Part shown: in pieces, positions 1 to 10,283 of the stretch | Layout: each line of letters starts with the position of its first letter | Position numbering within the stretch: position 1 is the first letter of the stretch | NCBI GenBank assembly: GCA_026986115.1 | Contig: JALSPG010000018.1 | Coordinates: 1 to 61,356 of the forward strand | Length of the DNA stretch: 61,356 bases | Direction of reading: 5' to 3' | Origin: Thermodesulfobacteriales bacterium | Lineage (GTDB): Bacteria > Desulfobacterota > Thermodesulfobacteria > Thermodesulfobacteriales > Thermodesulfatatoraceae | The notes under the pieces: model-generated | The model's input: the letters and a program-made list of their open reading frames with translations, nothing else | Told to the model about the DNA's origin: nothing | The model's database searches: none | Program-made: the position numbers and the translations under genes

Positions 1-3000
1 AGTAATGCCATATAAAAGACGGAATAACGGTATTTATTACCTCGGCGGTATCTTCTTTCTGTCTCAAAAAGCTCAAAACCGTAGAAAAGATATGTTTGCG
101 AATTAGGGGTTCATTCTGCATGGAAAAAGCGGGTACCAGAATTCTCCCCGATATCATTTGCTCTGGATGTCGGTAAAAGTACTTGTCATGGGAGCGGTTT
201 CGGCAGTAAGTGAAAACTACTCCTATACGATGCCTCCGGCCTGCACGACCACTTCGCTGGACGTAGCTTGCCGGAGAAGGGGGAACATTTCGCATCAGGA
301 CCATTTCCAGCTGACCGATATCCACGCCTAATTCAAGGGTGGGAGTGGCGACCAGGCAGTTAACGGTGCTTTCCTTTTCCTTGAACTCTCTTTCGTATTT
401 CAGGCGATCGTCCTGAGGAACCTGGGCCGAATGTTCTCTGGGAATCAGGGGGACAAAGTCGAGTTTGGTATACTGAACCACATCGTAATGTTCTTCATCC
501 CAGTGCTGATAAATAAGACGAGCTTTGCAACGATAGGCCGGACAGACGCCTCCGGGCGTAGGCCGTGAACGGGACAGCCGACAGCTCTGGCAAACATATC
601 GCCCTTCACTATGCGTAATTCCTATTTTTTTGTAATTGATTTGGTATCCTGAACCGCCTCTAACGGAGACAATTCTTCCAGCACGTTTCCTTTTTATTTC
701 CGCCGGAACCAGAAGGTCTTTTTCTATAAGCCATTCCCAGAGTTCTTCGAGAAAGCGGTCTCTCACGTCTGATTTCAGCGCTGGAAAGACCTTTCTCAAA
801 AAGACCTGAGCCGCGGAACGACCATTTTGGGCCAGCCATCCCTTTTGATATTTGCTCTCGCCCTCTTTTTGAAAGACAAGAACATGCGGACAATAATATT
901 CCGTAATGTTTACTATCCCCTTTCGCACCTCGGCATCCTGTGAAGACCAGTCCCGCTGAAGGAAAGGATCGCTTAAAACACCCTGTATGCGGTAAATATC
1001 GAGAAGAGCGTGGATGAGATTGGAGAGATCTTCGGCGCTTATCTCAAACTTTTCCAGCCAGTGGATAAGATCCGTTAGATTTTCCGGTTCTATACCGTCA
1101 TAAAGAACCGCCGCGAGTCCCAGCTGCTCCAAGCTTCCGCGCATCTGACGCCGAGTCAAAGAGGCCAGTTCTTCCACGATGAACCAGCGGAGCCTTTTGT
1201 GTTCCTCTTCCTGCCCCCAGCGCACCCGGGGAAGTAGTCCCTCCTCCGCGGCTTTTTCAATCAGTTTTTCATGTAGCGAATCAATAGAAAAAATTCTTTC
1301 CGGCTCACTTCTTAGAATTTGATAGACAAGATGCCTTAAACGGTGTCTTCGAGACCGGTTTTCCATCCAGCCGGCCTGAAACGCGGCCTCCTGTCTGGAG
1401 TCTGCAAAGACGATGAGTTTTCTTAAGCTGGGCTCCGGCATGGCTGAAAGCATGGTCTGGGCAAGGATCATGACATCGGAAACCTCGGCCGATTTTACCG
1501 GAGTGATAACCGGACTCCGCTCCGGGTTGGCCGCCCCACAGGAAACACAGTGGTGTAAAGGTGCAGAGAAGAAAATAATCGGTATTAACTTAGTCTCTCG
1601 GCGACACTTTTCGTTAAGACAGATCGAGAGATCCCGATCATGGATGGCTCCGCAGTAGGGACAAAGATAGCCCGACTCCCCGGGAACCTCTTCCTCCACT
1701 CCAGGGACGATAGTGTCAGTAAAATAAAGGCTTTCGGCATCTTCTGAATTCTCAGAGAGAATTCTTACACCATATATTTCTCCTTCGTGATCTACAGCAA
1801 AGGGAGAAGAATATGTTTCTCTGACATAGTGTTGACCGCAGGAGCGGCAAATTCGAAGTTCAAAAAGAACACGATCCGTCCTTATCGTCTGGTCGAAAAA
1901 GATATTTGGGACTCCATCTTCCTGCCAAGCGATGTAAACACCTTGAAGTCCCTGCACGAAATAATGGAGCTTGGGTCTTAGCAGAGGCTCATCATCGAGG
2001 CGTGCAAGAGCTCCTAAAGTCAGGTAGCTCAGGATTTCGGCCTCAAGGGCGGCGTCCGGAAGCCTCTTCCTTTCGGGAAAGGCCTTCTTAAATTCATTTA
2101 CAATTTCTTTGAGCTGGCGTGGAGTTTCGGTAATCGTCTCAAGGAAAGAAACGATTTCGCTTTGAGAAAGAAGTTTGTAAAGAACGGCTAGGGTGTCTTC
2201 CCCCTCCGGGGCCTTTAGACTCACCAGTTTTTCCGCGAGTTTTATGGTCTCCCGGGAGACCTCGGTCACCTCATCCTGCAGCTGCACCTCACGCACGCTT
2301 TTGAGGATCTCCTCAAAAAGTCTCTGCGGATCTTCGGGTGGCGGGGGTCTGAATGAGCCTTTTTCTTTTCTCTCTTGATAGCTTTCCTGAACAAGATAGA
2401 GCTTGCCCTCCGGTACACCAAAAATATTGGCGGCAAAACGTTTTAATTCCGCTTCCCATTCCCCATTCCCGACTCCCCACTCTCTATTCCCCATTCCCGA
2501 CTCCCCACTCCCCATTCCCGACTCACTTTTCAAGGTGGCAGAGGTTCCTATGCAGATAACTTCATCCCTTGTTTTACCGGCTATGCCTCGCACCCGACGT
2601 ATGAGACAGGCAATTTCCGATCCTCGTGAGCCCGTGTGGGTGTGGATTTCGTCTAAGACGATAAATTTTAGAGGGGCCTCCAGGAAAAGTTCAATATCTT
2701 TGTGACGCAGGAGGAGATATTCAAGCATACTGTAGTTGGTGAGAAGAATCTGAGGTCTTCTCGCAAGAATTTCCTTTCGCGAGAAACATTCTTCCCAGGG
2801 AAGAGGAAGCATATGTCCAGGCTTTTGCGCTTTTAAAAGCTCAACTCTGGTATAAGGCCGGGGTTCGGGAAGTCTTGGAAGGTTTTCTTCGGTTTCTGGT
2901 GTTTCTCCGGTATAGCGTCCGAAGGTGATGCGCGTTCCGGCAAGAAGTTTCCTCAGGCGTTCAAGCTGGTCGTTTACCAGGGCGTTCATAGGGTAAATCA

Positions 3001-3436
3001 GGATAGCAATAGGTCCCCTACTCTCCCCCCGATCTCGTGCTTTAAGACATTCATCGATGATGGGAAGGAGAAAACCTTCGGTTTTACCGGAACCTGTTCC
3101 GGTAGCGATAATGACATGATTTCCGGCCTTTACGGCTCGTAAGGCTTCCTCCTGGTGTTTGTAAAGCCTTTCGAAATTGAAAATTCCGGCCAGAGCCGGA
3201 TGCAGATCAAGAGAGGGGTCCTCAATTAGTTCTCTTAGCGTAGGGCCTTCCACAAACGGACGGCTTAAGTATATATATGGTCCCTTAGCCAGCCGCTCCT
3301 TTCCACCGAGCCCAAAGGAAAGCCCTTCCTTGAATTGTTGACGAAGCCTGGGATCAGCCACCGGAAAGGTGGTAAGCAAATAACGCCCAAACTGATCTAT
3401 AACATCCTTACCAAACTGGACCGGATTCAGGGGCAT
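1..3436 (-). CDS. Large DEAD/DEAH-box SF2 helicase (YprA/DruE-like, DISARM-related), 3' end outside window
   Basis: Absent from the ORF track because no stop occurs in the window. ATG at 3436 with AGGAG RBS. Manual translation: MPLNPVQFGKDVIDQFGRYLLTTF..., Q motif LYKHQEEA, Walker A TGTGSGKTE, YPMNALVNDQ, LLTNYSMLEYLL, DEIH, GTSAT, and near the left edge ATPTLELGVDIG and YVQRSGRAGRR. The frame is still open at positions 2-60. Confidence 0.9.
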   Translation of the reverse strand, partial: MPLNPVQFGKDVIDQFGRYLLTTFPVADPRLRQQFKEGLSFGLGGKERLAKGPYIYLSRPFVEGPTLRELIEDPSLDLHPALAGIFNFERLYKHQEEALRAVKAGNHVIIATGTGSGKTEGFLLPIIDECLKARDRGESRGPIAILIYPMNALVNDQLERLRKLLAGTRITFGRYTGETPETEENLPRLPEPRPYTRVELLKAQKPGHMLPLPWEECFSRKEILARRPQILLTNYSMLEYLLLRHKDIELFLEAPLKFIVLDEIHTHTGSRGSEIACLIRRVRGIAGKTRDEVICIGTSATLKSESGMGSGESGMGNREWGVGNGEWEAELKRFAANIFGVPEGKLYLVQESYQERKEKGSFRPPPPEDPQRLFEEILKSVREVQLQDEVTEVSRETIKLAEKLVSLKAPEGEDTLAVLYKLLSQSEIVSFLETITETPRQLKEIVNEFKKAFPERKRLPDAALEAEILSYLTLGALARLDDEPLLRPKLHYFVQGLQGVYIAWQEDGVPNIFFDQTIRTDRVLFELRICRSCGQHYVRETYSSPFAVDHEGEIYGVRILSENSEDAESLYFTDTIVPGVEEEVPGESGYLCPYCGAIHDRDLSICLNEKCRRETKLIPIIFFSAPLHHCVSCGAANPERSPVITPVKSAEVSDVMILAQTMLSAMPEPSLRKLIVFADSRQEAAFQAGWMENRSRRHRLRHLVYQILRSEPERIFSIDSLHEKLIEKAAEEGLLPRVRWGQEEEHKRLRWFIVEELASLTRRQMRGSLEQLGLAAVLYDGIEPENLTDLIHWLEKFEISAEDLSNLIHALLDIYRIQGVLSDPFLQRDWSSQDAEVRKGIVNITEYYCPHVLVFQKEGESKYQKGWLAQNGRSAAQVFLRKVFPALKSDVRDRFLEELWEWLIEKDLLVPAEIKRKRAGRIVSVRGGSGYQINYKKIGITHSEGRYVCQSCRLSRSRPTPGGVCPAYRCKARLIYQHWDEEHYDVVQYTKLDFVPLIPREHSAQVPQDDRLKYEREFKEKESTVNCLVATPTLELGVDIGQLEMVLMRNVPPSPASYVQRSGRAGRRHRIGVVFTYCRNRSHDKYFYRHPEQMISGRILVPAFSMQNEPLIRKHIFSTVLSFLRQKEDTAEVINTVIPSFIWHY
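2454..2523 (+). repeat. 7-bp degenerate tandem array (9-10 units) inside the helicase CDS
   Basis: From 2461: ccccatt cccgact ccccact ctctatt ccccatt cccgact ccccact ccccatt cccgact (63 bp), plus tcccatt at 2454. Translates as ESGMGSGESGMGNREWGVGNGEW just after the SAT motif. Confidence 0.95.
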
Positions 3437-3445
3437 TGGTTACTC

Positions 3446-3871
3446 CTAACTTAACAACGGAAAACCAATAATTTTAGCCGCCTGATTAAGTTTTTTATCA
3501 AAACAACCAAAGATTACCTTTTCGCTTGCCTTTTTTAATAAGAGATCTGCTGCTGCCAAGTGAACACTATCATAGGCCTTCAGAGCAAAAGCTTTTGCAA
3601 AATCACTGGCTCGCTCTAAAAGACTTTGGTTAAGGCCAATTTTCATATAGTGAGGCCAATCTTTTTCAAAATCTGCCTGGATGTTTTCTAACATTTCTTC
3701 GGAAATTACACCTTCACGACACAGCCTGGCAAAGGCCGCATGAGCCTCTACATAAGCAATTAAATGCGTAGCTACAATTTTGGCTTTAGAAACCGCGTGC
3801 TCAACTGTAGAGCTGTTTTCCTCTTCTACATAAAGCTTTACCAAAGCAGAAGTATCTAAATAGAGAATCAC
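3446..3871 (-). CDS. vapC: VapC/PIN-domain toxin
   Basis: ILYLDTSALVKLYVEE ... LKAYDSVHLAAA ... FGCFDKKL PIN motifs. GTG start at 3871 overlaps the antitoxin stop. Confidence 0.9.
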   Translation of the reverse strand: MILYLDTSALVKLYVEEENSSTVEHAVSKAKIVATHLIAYVEAHAAFARLCREGVISEEMLENIQADFEKDWPHYMKIGLNQSLLERASDFAKAFALKAYDSVHLAAADLLLKKASEKVIFGCFDKKLNQAAKIIGFPLLS

Positions 3872-4128
3872 CGCCGATCCTCCAGGACACATTCGGCGAC
3901 ACTCTTACCGGATATTTTTGGTCTGACACGTCCACCTTTGGGCTTACCACCATCCCAGATAACCAATCCATTCGCCATCAGGGCCTCAATACCATTTTTT
4001 TGTTCTCCAGCGGGACAAAGTCTGGCTATCAGCCGGCGGTGGCGCGTGACTTCAATGATTTTCCCCTGTTTGACCTCTCTTAAGTAACGAGAAAGATTGC
4101 TTTTAAGTTCTCTTACCGAAACCTGCAT
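3868..4128 (-). CDS. Phd/YefM-family antitoxin
   Basis: MQVSVRELKSNLSRYLREVKQGKIIEVTRH Phd signature; lies upstream of the PIN toxin. Confidence 0.9.
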   Translation of the reverse strand: MQVSVRELKSNLSRYLREVKQGKIIEVTRHRRLIARLCPAGEQKNGIEALMANGLVIWDGGKPKGGRVRPKISGKSVAECVLEDRR

Positions 4129-4187
4129 AATACATCTCCTAATGTGATTGTGGTCTCATTTTAACACATGAGGCTACATTTGACATA

Positions 4188-4322
4188 TTATACACGACTC
4201 ATCCGAAAGGGGTTTACGATCTTAACGCCTTCGATTTTCTTCAAATCTTCCGTAAAAAGCACTCGACAGCCAGCTTCCAAGGCAGAACTCACGATCAGGG
4301 CGTCCCAGAAGGAACACCACAA
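4188..4322 (-). pseudogene. C-terminal fragment of a PIN toxin (5' part deleted)
   Basis: Manual translation SFWDALIVSSALEAGCRVLFTEDLKKIEGVKIVNPFRMSRV*, a typical PIN C-terminus. The N-terminal DTN motif is missing and the fragment is fused directly to the end of the antitoxin. Confidence 0.8.
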
Positions 4323-4537
4323 AGTTCTTCCCTGCGCCATTTGGTCAACGTCCCGGAATGTTCTTGCATGATGGTGAGGATCTCTTCGGTTACTTCTTCT
4401 AATTCGTTTTTTTCTTGGGTAAGGGCTTCAAGTTGTTCCCTGATAAGGGCGCTTAAACTCTTCCCTCTTTTGGCCGCCAGCTCCCGGGCCTTGCGCCACA
4501 CATGCTCGGGAAGAGCTATAGTTACGTTTTTGTACAT
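4295..4537 (-). CDS. Ribbon-helix-helix (CopG-like) antitoxin
   Basis: MYKNVTIALPEHVWRKARELAAKRGKSLSALIREQLE; ends ...KWRREEL, typical of VapB-like partners. Confidence 0.8.
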   Translation of the reverse strand: MYKNVTIALPEHVWRKARELAAKRGKSLSALIREQLEALTQEKNELEEVTEEILTIMQEHSGTLTKWRREELCGVPSGTP

Positions 4538-4661
4538 GACTCATCCTTTACAAAAGCTGTTTCTTTCACAGTTTCACAGACCAAAGGAGCTTTGTAAAGT
4601 CCAAGGAAAATTTCGCCTGTTACCCTTCCTTTCTCTCTTTCAGCGTCAAACGATAAATAGA

Positions 4662-7046
4662 TCACTCTTTCAGAACCAATTTATATCCTTCAAAATTTCT
4701 AGGTTTACTATACTCAAATCTTTCAAAAATTTGTATAAGTACTCGTTTTTGGAGATATTCTCGCTGTTTTTGTTCATCTCCTATTTTCTTTAGCCATTCA
4801 GGTGATTTTTTGATGAAATACTCCATCAACTTTTTATTTTCCGAAAAAGCTTGAATATTTATATAAAATATATCTCTAACCAAACTTTCATTTTCTCCTT
4901 CATTTAAAGGAGAAAGTTGAATTATACGTCCAATTTTATTTCTATTCAAAATCAAAATTTGTTTTTCTATATTCTGATGATAGATTTTAAAAATAGGAAT
5001 AAATTTGCCGTTGAATTCATACCAACCTTCAAAACTTTTTATATCAAGCTGTTTAACATTTCTGTACCATTTAGGTTTAAAATTCTTGCAATTTTTAAAA
5101 AACAACCAAAATGCAATATTTGCAGCAAAAATAACAATATCATCTGTATTTTTAAATTTAGATAAAGTATTTTCAAATTCTTCTTTGGAAATTTCTTCAC
5201 AACTTTTGGCAATTGCATCAAAAAGATATGAATTTTCGCTGAAGGCTAAACTGCGGCCATAATTTTTACCCCATTCTGCATAATGAATGTGCCACTCATC
5301 AAAGAAAGCGGCTTTATCATCAACAATATTAATTTCAAAACGTTGTTTTTGGTTTACCTTTTCTTCTCTTGTTCTATCTTCATATAGTTTTAAATAGTTA
5401 ATAAAAATATCTCGCAACGATGCAGATTCATAAAAACTTTTCAAAAAATCTTCCTTAAATTCTTCAATCTTTTTAAGACTTATATTTTGTGACTTATTTT
5501 TTACCGAGATTTGTTTGCTTGCTTCTTCTTTTAGTTTTTTCAGGAAAGGAATTAGTTTGCCATCAAAAAGTTCGTCAATATGTTTAATATCAAAACCAAG
5601 CTCAGCAAGAAGAGATTTTTGCGTCTTTAAATCGGTAGCAAGTTGAATAAATTCATCCACAGAATACTCTAAATTACTTAATACAAAAATATGTAAATCT
5701 GGTAACTTATAATTTTCTATCTGGGGAAAACTACCTTCAGAATCAGCGCGCACATTCTGCAATACCCTAGCTAACAATAATAAAAAGTATTGTTTATAAT
5801 ACTTTTCGCTTCCGTGATGACCTTCCCAAAAATCAAATTTTCGTTTGAAAATCCCTCTCTTAAAGTATAAACGAATAACTTCATCTAATGTTGTTGGTAC
5901 AATATCATGTCCTATCCATAGAGCATCAGCATCTGGAGGTTGTTTGTATTCCCAAAGATATTTTATATATGAAGCTCTTTGTTTAAATAAACAATAAGCC
6001 CCAATCGTAAAGATAATTTCAAGAAGATTGTTATATTTGAATTGCGATAAAATAAATTCTTTTATCTCTTTTTCTAATTTTTTAGCCTCTTTTCTTTGAT
6101 ATAGTTTCAGATTTGGTTCAATAATTGCTTTAAGTTCATTAAATTTCTTAAACCATATATCTAATTTATCTTTTGTAGCCACATCAGTTTCTGAACTGAC
6201 TAATTCCTTTATTTTCTTTTCAATATCATATTTTTCATCAAGTTTTTTGTATATTTCAAAACCACTATGTAAAATTAAATGCCCATATTCCCAAACCTTC
6301 CCTTGGTTGTAGAACGGGATATTTATTCCATCTACTAAATAAGAAACAAGAGCATGAAAAAGAGATTTTTGATCTTCAGAGACAATATATTTAACCATTG
6401 AAAAGAAATATTCATTGAAGAGGTCAATATATGTTAAATCAAAATCTCCCTCTTTTCTTCCTAAGTGATTAAAAACAACATCTATATACCAATGTATTGA
6501 TGCAGCATACATCGATTTATCATTTCTTTCGATGGCTATTCTAGAAATTTCAGATAGCTTTCTAAGAATTTGTTCGACAAATAGGTCATTATTCGGCCTT
6601 TTAGTAAGTCTCGCTAATATCCAATTGATATGATAAACAGCAAATCTACTAATTTCTTCATTTTGTGAATCTACAGCAGCTTCATACACGCGAGTAACTT
6701 GATTTATTGCTGTTGAAAAACTAATTAAATATTTTTCGGGATCAAAAGCCAAAAGAAATTTAGCGTCTTTCTCGTCTTTCTTGTAAAATTCAAGAATTTC
6801 CTGGCTAAAAACTAACTGTTCAAATTTTTCAGGATCATTTTCTTTAATATCAAAAATCTTTTTTATAATATCGGTTATTTTCTGCAACCATTCTAAAACT
6901 AATTTATTTTTTTGTCTTCTTGTTTCAAATACTAAAATGTCGCCTATTCCCTCTAGCGATTCAATAAGTACACTTTGTTTGTCTGATAATTTTTTATTTT
7001 TAGTCCAGACTCTTTTTAACATCTTGATATAACTGATTAAGTACAA
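4662..7046 (-). CDS. Large AT-rich hypothetical protein (about 790 aa)
   Basis: Long ORF in a visibly AT-rich block with no recognisable catalytic motif. The ATG near 7022 is the more likely start, or the ORF continues the upstream ORF through a frameshift. Confidence 0.8.
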   Translation of the reverse strand: MYLISYIKMLKRVWTKNKKLSDKQSVLIESLEGIGDILVFETRRQKNKLVLEWLQKITDIIKKIFDIKENDPEKFEQLVFSQEILEFYKKDEKDAKFLLAFDPEKYLISFSTAINQVTRVYEAAVDSQNEEISRFAVYHINWILARLTKRPNNDLFVEQILRKLSEISRIAIERNDKSMYAASIHWYIDVVFNHLGRKEGDFDLTYIDLFNEYFFSMVKYIVSEDQKSLFHALVSYLVDGINIPFYNQGKVWEYGHLILHSGFEIYKKLDEKYDIEKKIKELVSSETDVATKDKLDIWFKKFNELKAIIEPNLKLYQRKEAKKLEKEIKEFILSQFKYNNLLEIIFTIGAYCLFKQRASYIKYLWEYKQPPDADALWIGHDIVPTTLDEVIRLYFKRGIFKRKFDFWEGHHGSEKYYKQYFLLLLARVLQNVRADSEGSFPQIENYKLPDLHIFVLSNLEYSVDEFIQLATDLKTQKSLLAELGFDIKHIDELFDGKLIPFLKKLKEEASKQISVKNKSQNISLKKIEEFKEDFLKSFYESASLRDIFINYLKLYEDRTREEKVNQKQRFEINIVDDKAAFFDEWHIHYAEWGKNYGRSLAFSENSYLFDAIAKSCEEISKEEFENTLSKFKNTDDIVIFAANIAFWLFFKNCKNFKPKWYRNVKQLDIKSFEGWYEFNGKFIPIFKIYHQNIEKQILILNRNKIGRIIQLSPLNEGENESLVRDIFYINIQAFSENKKLMEYFIKKSPEWLKKIGDEQKQREYLQKRVLIQIFERFEYSKPRNFEGYKLVLKE

Positions 7047-7548
7047 AATTTGTATCGCTTACGAATTTTATTATATAATTTACTACTTGCCAAACAATAA
7101 AAGCAATACAAATAAAAATCAATAACATAAATAATGCTATAACTTTCCACACAGAAGTATTTATATAGTCTTCCTTCATAAAAAATTTCAACACTATTAG
7201 CGCAACAATATTAAACAGAAGAAGTGGAGGTAAAATTTTATATCTCCATTGCCTTTGGAATACGTAAATAAGTACATCAGAATTATAACGTTCAGAAATT
7301 CTTGAAATAATTTCTATGCTTAATGGTATTAATAGAGCAACTATTACTGTCTCAAAGGCAATAATATCTGATAAGAATGCTGGATCTGGATTTATGTTAA
7401 TAATTTTTAAAAATGAATCATAAAGCTTATGTTTTTTAGGGCTTTCCAAAAAAGATTTGTGTACCTTTAATAATCCACATAAATATCCTGAAATAAAAAC
7501 AACAAAATAAGATAAAACAACTTTAAACTTAAAAAATCTTTCCATCAT
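7000..7548 (-). CDS. AT-rich membrane protein (about 4 TM helices)
   Basis: Hydrophobic segments; IIAFETVIVALLIPLSIEIISRISERYNSDVL resembles DUF2254-type N-terminal membrane regions. Overlaps the next ORF. Confidence 0.7.
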   Translation of the reverse strand: MMERFFKFKVVLSYFVVFISGYLCGLLKVHKSFLESPKKHKLYDSFLKIININPDPAFLSDIIAFETVIVALLIPLSIEIISRISERYNSDVLIYVFQRQWRYKILPPLLLFNIVALIVLKFFMKEDYINTSVWKVIALFMLLIFICIAFIVWQVVNYIIKFVSDTNFVLNQLYQDVKKSLD

Positions 7549-9786
7549 AGCATTCTAATCATAAAGTTCAAATTTTCCTCTATTTTCTTTCACTACTTTC
7601 ATATTAGTAAGTTCTATCAATGCTTTTTTGCATATAGCTAAAGATAGATTTAGCTCATTTGCTATTTCCTCCACACTCAAAGCACGGTTTGATTCAATCA
7701 AAAGGTCGAAAATTTTTTCTTTGATACGCTCCAGGTCTTCGGAAGAAATGTACTCGCTCTTGGGTTCGGCGGCTTTGGGGAGGGAGTATTCCGGGGAAAG
7801 TTTTTCCTGGAGTTCTTCGTAAGTAACGGTTAATTTTTCTCGCTTTCTTTCTTGGGCCTCTTTGAGGGAGATCACCTTGGTGATTGGCTTTTCGTCCAGG
7901 GGTTTGGGGTGAGGGATCTGGCCGTCGAAGCGGTCGTATTGTTCGAGGCAGAGGCGTTTGGTGCGGTACTCGCCGAAACGTTCTTCGTCCTTTCGGCGGA
8001 CGATGGGAAAGGTGTCCAGGATGTAGGCGAATTCGTCACGGGTTAGACCGTAAAGATGGGCGAAAATGGCGTCAAGCTCGGCGCGGATTTGGGCCCGACG
8101 CTCTTCGTCCCATTTGAAGGGTGGGAGAGGGCATACATTTTTATTGGGATTGTTAGGTTTTAAAGAATAAATGATTTCCAACCAGTCTGGTGGAGTTGCG
8201 TTTTTGTGTCCTCCGGTTTCATGGGCGTTTTCCTCCCATTGCTCGCGTATGGCAGAGCGAAGAGTTTCATCAGCTTCAGCCCAGATGTCGTCGGCAAAGG
8301 GCTTCATGTCCCAAGCAGTGTAAGTGAGCTCCAGTATGCGGGGAATGGCAAAAAGTAAGTGGTTAATGCTGTAAAAATCAGGCGGAAAAATTGGAAGTTG
8401 TTTTACTACAAAAAAATCTAAATGAATTCCGCTAATTTTTTGTCGGGCTGAGTAATTTACTACTAAAGAGTTAAAATTATTACATAGTAGAGCTATTAAA
8501 ATTGATGTTTGTTTAGAAATAATGATTGGAATTGTATCAGTAGTAGCAACAAATGGCAAAAAACAAAACCAACATGAGTATAAATCTATAGCTCTAGTTA
8601 TTCTTCTAAATCCCAAAAACCACAACCTAGGCCATTCAGTAATATTTTTATCAATATTATCTAAATGCACCCAATACCAAGGTGTTATTACAAAATTCGG
8701 ATTGTGTAATTCTTTAGTAGAAATGGAAGGTAAAGGTCTACTAAACGGTCTTTCAGATAAATCTTTATAATCTCCATGTCTATGGTCAAATTGAGTAATC
8801 ATCTTAGCTTCATATAGAGGTAAGTAAACATCTTCTTCTGCCTTGACAAAAATGTTGCCTTTGAGCTTGTAGCCTTCAGCCTCAAGCTCCTCTCGTGTGC
8901 GGAAGAGGTGAGAATCGCTGGACATGTTAAACAGACCTTGTTTAAACCGAATATCCCACGGATTACCGTCTTTCCTGGTCTCGTCCACGAGCACCGGGCA
9001 GTGGCGGTAAATCTTGAGGGTGAGATCGGCGTCGCTCCTGCGGCGGAAGATGGGGCAGGTGCGAGTGTTGGGGTTCAAGAGCCGGAAGTCCTCGGGGGAG
9101 AGGCTGAAGCGGCGGTCTTCCTCACGAAGCTCCTCGGGCCTCGTCAGGAAAAAGGCAAGCTCCGCCCTCTCGCCACCTTTTCCAGAAAGTCCAAAGAGGC
9201 AAAATTTGTAACTGCGATGAATGTTGAACAAGCCCTCCCTATTCTCAAAGTCATAAAGAAAGGCCAGTTCGCCAGATTCGCTTATACTCTGGAAGAATTC
9301 CTTGGTGGTGTTGTCGGTGGCGATGCCGGAGGGGATGATCAGGCCCACGCGCCCGTCCCGCCGGCCCATAAGGGTTCGTGCTCGCTCGGCGAAGACAGCG
9401 TAGTAATTTATATGACCTTGGGCTGTTAACGGGTATTGGCTTGAATAACGTAAAAAACTGCTAAAACATTTTGTGTCGTAAAGGGTCTTTTGGTACTCCT
9501 CATAAAGGAGCGGATCTTCTTCACGTAAAGCTTCAATAAGCTTGGCTCGTTGGGCAGCGGTGCGCGCGGAAACTATGTCTTCACGCCTTCCAGCGAAAAA
9601 CTGTTTATCTTCTACTTGAATCTTTTCCCACGGAGGGTTGCCGAGTATGGCGTGAAAGCCGGAGTCTTCGGTAAGGAAGACCTCGGGGAACTCAAGCTCC
9701 CAGTGGAAGAAACGATGTTTTTGAGCCACCTTCCGGACGGTGAAAAATATTTCCCAGAATCTTTCTTCGGAAATGAATTGCGGGGG

Positions 9787-9828
9787 CTTGGGGAGTAGGG
9801 ATTGGGCAGTGGGGAGTGGGGAGTCGAG
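9787..9828 (-). repeat. 7-bp array (6 units) in the MTase CDS, opposite orientation to the other arrays
   Basis: cttgggg agtaggg attgggc agtgggg agtgggg agtcgag (42 bp); encodes LDSPLPTAQSLLPK. Confidence 0.9.
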
Positions 9829-10248
9829 GAAATTTTCCATAAGGGTTTTGAGGTAAGCGCGGTATTCGAGGGTTGTCGGTTTACGGACATCTCTGGGCCA
9901 GAACCAGAGGGTGCACCAGGCGTCGCCTATGGCCTTGAGAAGCTGATACTCCGGACTTTCCGCAAGATGTCTTAAACGAGACTCCTTGTCCCGGTAATCA
10001 TCGGGGGTGGCGGTGGCCCGTCGATCTATTTCCCCTCGAAGTTCAATGAGTTTTCCAAGAAACTTGCGAAAGTCCAGAGTTCCGAAAAGACCGAGCTGGC
10101 CCGGAGCCACCTCGAGCAAGGCCTCAAGTGTGGCCCGGTTTTCTCTTTTGAGATCGGCTTCGTCCTTCCGGAAGACCTCCTCGGGAACGAACTCCAGCCG
10201 ATGAAGCTTCAGCACCCCTTTTCGCCCCAGCCGTACCTCCACCTCACC

Positions 10249-10283
10249 CCCTACTCCCGACTCCCTATTTCCCACTCCCCTTC
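10249..10283 (+). repeat. 7-bp array (4-5 units) in the MTase CDS
   Basis: ccctact cccgact ccctatt tcccact ccccttc; encodes GRGVGNRESGVG. Confidence 0.85.

Noticed and set aside
660-2705. Several short ORFs in the track
   Set aside because: Shadows of the unlisted minus-strand helicase; the Pro/His-rich ones come from the heptamer array.
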